NCBI GenBank assembly: GCA_016218805.1
Contig: JACRCW010000076.1
Span: forward strand, 49,439-69,438
DNA: 20,000 bases
Reading direction: 5' to 3'
Source of the DNA: Deltaproteobacteria bacterium
GTDB taxonomy: Bacteria; Myxococcota; JACRCW01
Below, piece after piece: positions 9,657 through 17,200 of this stretch (its first letter is position 1; every line of letters begins with the position of its first letter). The notes under the pieces were generated by a model. That model worked only from the letters and a program-made list of their open reading frames with translations, was not told the DNA's origin and ran no database searches. Both the position numbers and the translations under genes were made by a program.

Positions 9657-10046
9657 TCAGCCCCGCCCCATCAACGGGTGGTGCGAAATGGCCACGCGGT
9701 TCCCCTCCGGGTCGCGCGCGTACGAGGTGTGGTCCGTGCGGCCCTCCACCGGCGCCCCCGCCGCCTCCAAGGCCGCCTCCAGGCGCGCGCGCTCCGCCTG
9801 GTCCACGCGCACCGCAATGAGAAACGGCCCCGCGCCCACGCCCCACACCCGGTGCGGCGCTTCGTCCGTGTGCTCCACCATCAGCGCCGCTCCCGCCCCC
9901 AGGTCCAGCCACACGCTGCGCAGGCTCCCGTCGTCGCGGAAGTGCCGCTGCTGTTCAGTGAACCCCAGCACGTCCCGGTAGAACGCCACCACGCGCTCCA
10001 CGTCCCGCGCGCCCAGCGCCACGTGGTGCAACACCCGCCCGCTCAT
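9657..10046 (-). CDS. VOC family protein (glyoxalase/bleomycin resistance/dioxygenase)
   Basis: LHHVALGARDVERVVAFYRDVLGF and YARDPEGNRVAI motifs. ATGA overlap with the upstream aminotransferase. Confidence 0.92.
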   Translation of the reverse strand: MSGRVLHHVALGARDVERVVAFYRDVLGFTEQQRHFRDDGSLRSVWLDLGAGAALMVEHTDEAPHRVWGVGAGPFLIAVRVDQAERARLEAALEAAGAPVEGRTDHTSYARDPEGNRVAISHHPLMGRG

Positions 10047-11185
10047 GCCACCGCCCAGCCCTTGCGGCGCAGCAGCCCGCCCAGCCGGCGGATCCCCTCC
10101 ACCACCACCGCGTCGTCCTGCGCAAAGCTGATGCGGAAGAACCCGTGCGCTGACGGACCAAATGCCTCCCCCGGCACCATCACCACGTCCTCCTCGTCCA
10201 GCAGCGTCTCGGACAGCTCTTTGGTTGTCACCGGCAGCTTGCGCAGGTCCAGCATCACGTAGAACGCGCCCTCCGGCCGCGGCGGGGTAAGCCCCAGGTG
10301 CTCCTTCACCGCCGCCAGCGTCACGTCCAGCCGCCGCCGGTAGATGTCCCGGTGGCGGAACAGCGCCCGCCGCTCAAACGCCGCCAGCGCAATGTACTGA
10401 GACATGGACGCCGCACACGTGGCGCACAGCTGGTGCAGCTTGAGGGCCGGCGAGTACGCGTACTCAGGCAGGATGGTCCAGCCCACGCGCAGGCCCGTCA
10501 TGGCGCAGTTCTTGGACATGCTCCCCACCGTGATGGCGCGCCGCGTCCACCGCGCCGGGGAAGGCGCTGGCGTGTCGCCGTGGTGCAACTCGCGGTAGAC
10601 CTCGTCCACCAGCAGCGTCACGCCGTTGTCCTCCGCAATGGCCGCCAGTTCCCGCGCCACCGGCTCAGACAGGGCCCGCCCCGTGGGGTTGCCCGGGGAC
10701 ACCACGCACAGCATCCGCGTGGCGGGTGTGAGCGCCGCGCGCACCGCGTCCGCTCGCAGCGCAAAACCGTCCGCGGGGTCCATGGGCACGCTCACCACCC
10801 GCGCGCCGAACAGCCGCGCAATGGGCCCGTAGATGTTGAACGCGGGGTCCAGCACCACCACTTCGTCACCGGGGTTGAGCAGCGCCGCCAGGCTGATGAA
10901 CACCGCCTCCTGGCTGCCCTGCGTCACCAGGATGCGCTCCGGCGCGGCCTCCACGTCGGAGCGGAACGCCGCAATGTGCTCGCGCAGCTCCGCCAGCCCC
11001 GCGTTGCGCGTGTAGCCCTGCGGCCCGCTACGGAAGCGCTTGAACCCGTCATCCACCAGGTCCGCGTCCGGGTGGATGGACGGTTCCCCCAGGCCCAGGT
11101 TGAGGGACGTGGGACGTTTGCGGTCATTCAGGGCCCGTATGAATGACGGGGGTATCTGCGCGAGGACCTGGTTGACGGGCTCCAT
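10043..11185 (-). CDS. Pyridoxal-phosphate-dependent aminotransferase, class I/II (aspartate aminotransferase family)
   Basis: LNLGLGEP, YTRNAGLAELRE, SPGNPTG, DEVY, PLP-lysine motif SMSKNCAMTGLRVGW, PEGAFY, PGEAFG...FFRISF. GGAG RBS upstream. Confidence 0.95.
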   Translation of the reverse strand: MEPVNQVLAQIPPSFIRALNDRKRPTSLNLGLGEPSIHPDADLVDDGFKRFRSGPQGYTRNAGLAELREHIAAFRSDVEAAPERILVTQGSQEAVFISLAALLNPGDEVVVLDPAFNIYGPIARLFGARVVSVPMDPADGFALRADAVRAALTPATRMLCVVSPGNPTGRALSEPVARELAAIAEDNGVTLLVDEVYRELHHGDTPAPSPARWTRRAITVGSMSKNCAMTGLRVGWTILPEYAYSPALKLHQLCATCAASMSQYIALAAFERRALFRHRDIYRRRLDVTLAAVKEHLGLTPPRPEGAFYVMLDLRKLPVTTKELSETLLDEEDVVMVPGEAFGPSAHGFFRISFAQDDAVVVEGIRRLGGLLRRKGWAVA

Positions 11186-11255
11186 GCCGCTCCCTGTAGT
11201 GGCGACGGGGCCCGCGGGGAAGCGCCGGCCGTCCCCGCTGTGGCATCATGGCCCC

Positions 11256-11855
11256 ATGCGACCCATCCTCCCCCCCGCCCTCCTGCTGCTGGCCGCCGGC
11301 GCCGCCCACGCCCAGGACCTCCGTATCCAGTGCCCATCCGGTACCCGCGCCGTGCTGGAGAGCGAAACCACCGTCCTGTGCAAGCCCAAGACCGCCCCGG
11401 CCCCGGCGGAACCCGCGCCAGCCCCGGCGGAGCACGTGGTGGTGCAGGAGGGCCCGGTCCGCACCACCGTGGTGGGCAGCGGCTCCATGGAGCTGACGGG
11501 GCTGCATTCGGTCCCGGAGGTCTGCGGCCTGGGCACGCTGGAGGATGACGTGGTGGAGGCCGCCAAGGAGGCCGTGTACCTGGCGGTGAACCACTGCCTG
11601 GAGGAGACCGAGGCCGTGGCGCCCGTGCGCCCGCCGCGGTGGGTGGGCTTCAAAGTGGAGGCGGTGAGCGAGAAGAGCCACACCGTCACCGTCCCCCCCG
11701 AGGCGTGGGCGCTGCCGGTGCAGACCTGTTTGCTCAAACGGCCGCCGCGGTTGCCCAAGCTGGTGCGGGGGCGGAGCTTTGTGGCGTACTACCGGATTGT
11801 GGCAACGCCGCAGGATAAGCCGCCGCCGCCCCCGTGCGTGGCACAGCGGCCGTAG
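11256..11855 (+). CDS. Secreted hypothetical protein, possible AgmX/PglI-like (TonB-C-like) C-terminal domain
   Basis: Signal peptide MRPILPPALLLLAAGAAHA-Q, small Cys-paired domain, Pro/Ala linker, then a C-terminal domain with two Cys (AVNHCLEE...VQTCLL...P..VAYYRI). GC-rich third codon positions. Divergent from the aminotransferase. Confidence 0.7.
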   Translation: MRPILPPALLLLAAGAAHAQDLRIQCPSGTRAVLESETTVLCKPKTAPAPAEPAPAPAEHVVVQEGPVRTTVVGSGSMELTGLHSVPEVCGLGTLEDDVVEAAKEAVYLAVNHCLEETEAVAPVRPPRWVGFKVEAVSEKSHTVTVPPEAWALPVQTCLLKRPPRLPKLVRGRSFVAYYRIVATPQDKPPPPPCVAQRP

Positions 11856-12068
11856 GCACACTACAGCGCTTCACGCCGTCGAGAGTACTGTGCATTCGGT
11901 TCGGAATCCAAGATGTGTCAGACTGGTGGAGGCCCCGGTATTGGGTCGCGTTGGGACAACATCGATCCAACGGATGTAGACCATATTTGGTGTATGGGGT
12001 GGTGCTTCCTGCGATTGGGTGGAGTGGGGGCAGCGGTTTGTCTGTATCCAGTTGAAAGGGGGCACGCG

Positions 12069-12758
12069 ATGGTGAGGTGCACTTTGACCGCCGCGGTCTT
12101 GGCTGTGCTGTCTGGCTGCCGCTGCGATTGCGACCCGGCGGGGCCATTTGGAAACGACATGGCGGTTCCGCCTGAGCACGCATTCCTTGCCGAGTTCGCA
12201 GACAGCGCGAACTTCGGCGGTCTCTTCTCTGTCAGCAAGGCAGTCGCCTGCGCCGAGCAGCCGACTTCAGACCCCTCGTGTGTCTGGATCGGCGAACGGG
12301 TCAACATTGAGCCCGTCGAGGTCTATTTCGGGGTCCCATCCACCTCGACGTACCATCCGGCTGGCGATTTCTATCGGGCGCTGCGCATGTACACCGGTTC
12401 CGAGGACGTGCGGGTTTATTTTGTGTTGACGGCTAGCCCCATCTCGCTAGACGCATCCGTTCCCGGCACGGTCTGTGGTGTCAGCACCGATGGGATTATC
12501 AGCAGGCAGAATGACGCACCTCCCTGGGTGCTGTCCCCAAACGGACAAATGGCGGTGGACTCCAGCTGCATCACCAGCCAAGCGCGCAATATTGGCGATG
12601 GGGGAGTGAACGAAGAGGGCCGCACACTTCGAGAACTGGTGGAAGGCAATCCGTGGTGCACGTTGCCTGTGTCGGTGGTGGAGGGGGATTTGTCCGCTTC
12701 TGCAGCGAGAGTCCCAACGAGGGGCGGCTTGGATCCGAGTGGCGGTTTCTGTCGCTGA
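12069..12758 (+). CDS. Cys-rich hypothetical lipoprotein in a lower-GC patch
   Basis: ATG at 12069 preceded by GAAAGGGGG. Signal MVRCTLTAAVLAVLSG-C with lipobox LSGC. Several further Cys residues. Codon usage has more A/T-ending codons than flanking genes. Confidence 0.65.
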   Translation: MVRCTLTAAVLAVLSGCRCDCDPAGPFGNDMAVPPEHAFLAEFADSANFGGLFSVSKAVACAEQPTSDPSCVWIGERVNIEPVEVYFGVPSTSTYHPAGDFYRALRMYTGSEDVRVYFVLTASPISLDASVPGTVCGVSTDGIISRQNDAPPWVLSPNGQMAVDSSCITSQARNIGDGGVNEEGRTLRELVEGNPWCTLPVSVVEGDLSASAARVPTRGGLDPSGGFCR

Positions 12759-12861
12759 ACCAGCCCCCATCCCGCGCCTTTCCTGAACAGGCTGTCACCC
12801 GCTCCCGCCGGCGGCAAAGGCGGACCACTACCCACATCTGACGGCACAGAGGCAGACGGCG

Positions 12862-13168
12862 GGCGGTCGGCGCGCAACCGTAGGCCGGTCGAACAGCGAC
12901 TCCGGCCCATCGAACACCGATCACCTGCCCTCCGGCCCCCCACCGCCGGCACCCCGGAGCGCGCGCGAGGCCGCTCGGAACCCCACTGCCGGGTGCCCGG
13001 AGCCGCTCTGCAGCCCACCCGGACGCCCAATGCAGGGTGCCCGGAAGTGGTCTGCAGGACCCTCCGGCGCCCCGTTGCAGACCCTCCGGAAGCGCTCTGC
13101 AGACCCCCCGGAAGGCCGCTGCGGAGCCGTCGGACCTACATTTCAGAGGGGTCGATGGGCGATTTCGG
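12862..13168. repeat. Degenerate tandem array, ~14 units with 22-bp period (consensus approx. NNNNN-YCGGA-N7-TGCAG), intergenic
   Basis: YCGR motif at 12867, 12889, 12910, 12932, 12954, 12975, 12997, 13019, 13041, 13064, 13086, 13108, 13130 and 13152 (spacings 21-23, mostly 22). Best units: 12992 ggtgcccggagccgctctgcag, 13014 cccacccggacgcccaatgcag, 13036 ggtgcccggaagtggtctgcag, 13058 gaccctccggcgccccgttgcag, 13081 accctccggaagcgctctgcag, 13103 accccccggaaggccgctgcgg. Confidence 0.85.
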
Positions 13169-13320
13169 GTGGAAAACCGCCCGCCGATTGGCCTGCAAAC
13201 CCATCCCGACCCCCATCCGCCGGATGACGGAGCAATTCCGGGTTGTGCGCGGGTGAGCCTGGCTGGCAGCTTCCCCCGCCCAAATCAGGAAGCACCACAG
13301 ACCACGGGAGGGTCGCCACC

Positions 13321-14106
13321 ATGCAGCTCGCAGAGATCAGTCAGTTGGACCTGTACTTCCTTGCTCAACTCGTCGGCAGCGCCCTGAAGGACCACCACGG
13401 CGTCATCCACCGCTTCATCAAGGAGGAACACGGCGAGCACTGGTTGGATGCCTACAACGCCGGCACCCGTGACTTCCGGGCGTCCGTGGATTCGGCCATC
13501 AAAGAGGAGACGGAGGCAAATGCTGCGGTGGGGGAGCAGGCGGCGCTTCGCGGCAAGTTCACGTCATGGCGGCGCCTTTTGGAGAACTGTGCCAGGCGGG
13601 CGGGCGTGCAGACCGAGGTGGACCGGCTGCTGAAGGCAGCGGGCTACGGTGACGGGACCCCCCGCAGCACCAAGGAGTTCAAGGATTTCCTGGTGATCGT
13701 GGGTCCCAAGTTGAAGGTGCATGAAGCCCGCTTCCGCAAGCTGGGCGCGTCTCCCAAGGCGCTGGCGTTCCCGGGGACGATGAGCGTGGCGCTGGACACG
13801 GCCGGTGCCAAGGTTGTCAAGGAGGTGGCAGAAGCCCGGACTGCGCGGGAAGCAGTGCGCACCCAATACGACGCGATGATCACCCAACTGCGCCTGGTGG
13901 ACCACGCCGCGCAGAGTGCCAGCGCCGATGCGGCGCTTGAGGAGGACAAGGAGGCATTGGCCAGGGCCAACGCGTTGCTGAACCTGCTGGACGCCGCCGA
14001 GGGTCAGGCCAAGGTGGAGGCGCGCAAGAAGGCGACTGAGGAGGAGATCCCGGAGAGCATCACTCTCCCGGTCAACCCGGATGCCGCCACGCCCGAACCG
14101 GCGTGA
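13321..14106 (+). CDS. Hypothetical all-alpha protein (261 aa) with an internal duplication
   Basis: ATG at 13321 with GGGAGG RBS at 13306-13311. Amphipathic helices throughout, no signal peptide or TM segment. Two similar halves (LKDHHGVIHRF/LKVHEARFRKL, AIKEETEANAA/VVKEVAEARTA, RRLLENCARRA/LRLVDHAAQSA). Acidic Pro-rich tail. Confidence 0.85.
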   Translation: MQLAEISQLDLYFLAQLVGSALKDHHGVIHRFIKEEHGEHWLDAYNAGTRDFRASVDSAIKEETEANAAVGEQAALRGKFTSWRRLLENCARRAGVQTEVDRLLKAAGYGDGTPRSTKEFKDFLVIVGPKLKVHEARFRKLGASPKALAFPGTMSVALDTAGAKVVKEVAEARTAREAVRTQYDAMITQLRLVDHAAQSASADAALEEDKEALARANALLNLLDAAEGQAKVEARKKATEEEIPESITLPVNPDAATPEPA

Positions 14107-14200
14107 CCGGGCAGACCGCGCGGAAGCGCACCGGATAGGGGAGGCCGCGTTTCCAACGCTTCAGCGCGCCCCCTCCCATTTGGCTGCATTCCCCCGGCGG
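14107..14200. terminator. GC-rich hairpins between convergent genes (possible termination or RNA stability elements)
   Basis: gcgc-GGAA-gcgc tetraloop hairpin at ~14118-14129 and an imperfect stem gggagg...cctccc at ~14139-14177. No clear U-tract. Confidence 0.3.
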
Positions 14201-17200
14201 TCACGGCATGGCAACGAACCGCGCCCCGGCCGTGGCCGAGTTCCCGACGTCATCCATGATCTCCACCTGCCATTGGTAGCCCGTTCCGGACGTGAGCGCC
14301 GGCGGTGAGGCGCGGCCGTCATAGTTGTACGTCACCGACAGCGTGCCCGCGGCGAGGTCCCACGCGTCCCAGAACCGCGGGTATCCGGCGTCCGGCGACA
14401 AATGGACGTAATACGTATGCACCGTGGGCACCGGGTTGGGCGCCAGCCAGGTGAAGGTGGGCACCAGCGTGCCGGCCGCGTTGCCCAGCGGGGAAACGGG
14501 CCGGGGCAGAACCAGCGTCTCTCCCACGGTCCCCGTGACCCGCTCCACCGTGCCGTCGTCATACAGCACGTTGAACTCCAACGTGGCGCCCGAGGCGGTC
14601 TGGCTTCCATCCCAGGAAGAGGCCATCCACGTGGGTGGCGCCCAGTCCTGCGGCCCGCGGGCCAGGGAGAGGTCCACCGGCAGCCCGCCCAATCCGCCCG
14701 CCTGCTGGCTGACCGCCACCGGCTGGCGGGCCTGCCCGGCCACCTCCAGCTGGAGACCAAACCCCTCATTGATGAACGCCGTGCCGGTGTACTCCGCGTT
14801 GTGGCGCGTCATCACGGCGGCGCGGGTGTCCGGGCCGGGCATGGTCAGCGCGGGCAGCGTGGCGTCACCGTTGATGGCAACGGTGCGTCCCTGCAGGCCG
14901 GTGGCGCCCACCAGGTCCCCGCGGTCCAGCACGCCGTCGTGGTTGGTGTCCAACAGCGCCACCACCGAGTACCGCCCCGGCTGCACGCCAGGCACGCTGA
15001 ACGGCACGGTGCCGGAGGCGCCGGGGACGCGCGTGAAGTAGTCGCCATTGGGGCCGCCCTGCAGCAGGACATACAGCGTGCCGCCCGCGCCGCCGGGCAG
15101 CGTGACGGTGCCCTGGACGGTGTTGCCCACCGGTGCGGGGCCCACGCGGAAGCGCTGCGGCTGGCCGGTCGGGCCTTCGCGCCCCTGCACCAGGGGTGCG
15201 GCGGTGACCCAATATTCCCCGTCCGCCAACGGGGCCACCATGGCGGCGTGCGCGCGGCCGGCGGGCACGGTGCGGACCCAAATGGATTCACCCGGTCCCG
15301 CGGGCGTGTCGCGGCCCACGTAGAGGCGGAACGCGTCGGCCATTTCGCGCTGCATGCTGTCCAAAGGGGACTCAAACCGGACCATGGCAACGCCGGGCGC
15401 GGAGTTGGCCCACACCCAGCGCGGCGGGGGGAACGCCACCGGCCCCGGGTCCGTGATGGTGACGTCAGCACCGGTGACGGAGGAGGACAGGTTCACCTGC
15501 GCCGTTCCCGTGGGGCTGGAGGACACGGGGAACTGCGAGCCCAGCGTGTCCACCCACGCCACCACGGTGTAGTTGCCCGGGCCCCAGCGCCCGCGCAGGT
15601 GGTAGGGGCCCGGTTCGGCCAGGCTGGTGGTGGCCATCAAACCATCACCGGCGGCGCCCCACGTCAGGCCCACGTAGATGCGCCCGCTGGCCCCGCGCGT
15701 GTAGTTCACCGTGCCGGACACGCTCCGCACGGTCCCCACCACAGTGACGGTGGCTGTGGCCGCTCCGCCCGCGTGCGTGGCCACCACGTGGTAGCTGCCC
15801 GTGCCGGACGCCGGCGCGGTGTACACGCCCGCCGCGGACACCGTCCCGCCGGCAGCGCCCTCCGTCACCGTGAAGGTCACGGTCTTGTCCGTGGAGCCGG
15901 TGACCAGGGTGGTGAACGCCTGCGTGTCACCCAGCGGCACGGTTGCCAGCGCGGGGTGGATGGCAACGGTGATGGTGGAGGTGACGTGAACCACCGCGGT
16001 GCCGCTGGCGGAGCCGTCCGCGGCGCTGGTGGCGCGCACCGTGTAGTCCCCCGGCGTGGTGGGTGCCACGTAGTGCCCGTTGGCGTCCACCGTCCCGCCG
16101 CCGGTGCCATCCACGCTCCAGGTGACTGCGGTGTTGCCGCTGCCGGTGATGTCGGCGCGGAAGTCCGCCGGTTCGCCCGGGGCCAGGGTGGCGGCCGCCG
16201 GGGCAAGCCGCACGGACACCGGCGGCTGCAGCAGCACGCGCACCGTGGCCACGGCGCTCTTGTTGGTGTCCGCGCTGGACACCGCCCGCACGTGGTAGGT
16301 GCCCGGCGTGGGCGGTGCGGTGTACGTCCCGTCCAGCGCCACCACGCCGCCGCTGCTCTCCACCACCGACCAGGTCACCGCCGTGTTGCCGGACCCGGTG
16401 ACGGTGGCGGCGAACTTCTGCAGCTGGCCGCCGCCCAGGACCACATTCAGCGGCGCCAGGACCACTTGCACCTGCGGAGCATCCGTGACGGTGACGGTGG
16501 CGCGCGCCACCTGGTTGGCATCCACGCGCGCGGCCGCCACCACGTGGAAGGTCCCGGTGACGTTGGGCGCCGTGTACAGCCCTTCCGGCGTGACGGTCCC
16601 GCCGCCGGTCTCCTCCACGCTCCAGTCCACCCCGCCGCCGCCGGTGACGGTGGCCAGGAACACCTGCTGGCCCAGCCGGTTCACGGTGGCGGTGGCGGGT
16701 TCCACGGTGACCTGCACCGGCAGGGAGAACGCCGCGCCCACGGCGGCGTAGTTGCCGTCCTGGTCGCTGGCCTCCAGGCGCCAGCGGTAGCGGCCGCCGG
16801 CCACCAGCGGTTCCATGGCGCGGCCGTCAAAGTCGTAGGTGAAGGTGGTCATGGACGGGTCCAGCGAGTCCACGCGCCACAGGTCCCCGTTGCCGCCATC
16901 ACGGGACACGCTCATGGCGTAGTGCAGCGCGCCGGGAGCGCCCGCCGCGGGCGCCCACGCAAACTGCACCGGCGCCGCCACCGTCCCCTGCGGCGAGGTC
17001 AGCGTGGGCAGTTCCAGCACGCCTGACACGCGCGGGTGCAGCGTCACCACCGTGTTGTCAGCCAGCGTGGCGTCCACGTCATAAACGTCACCCACCACGG
17101 GGCGCCGCAGGCCGGCGTAGAGGTCCGTGACCACCGACAGCGCCCCAAACTCCGCATCCGCCACGCCCAGGTCCCGCGGTGGCGCCGCCTGCGGGCCGCC

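Noticed and set aside
11856..12800. Integron cassette origin for the low-GC lipoprotein
   Set aside because: No convincing attC (RYYYAAC...GTTRRRY paired ends) and no integrase in the window.
12862..13168. CRISPR array interpretation of the repeat region
   Set aside because: The period is only 22 bp, conserved cores are 4-6 bp, there are no 25-45-bp unique spacers, and no cas genes lie in the window.
12416..13387. ORFs crossing the repeat array (12416-13030 minus; 12993-13256, 13030-13227, 13037-13387 plus)
   Set aside because: Low-complexity Pro/Arg/Gly translations with no RBS, and a 22-bp period that shifts frame each unit. They are best explained as chance ORFs in GC-rich DNA.
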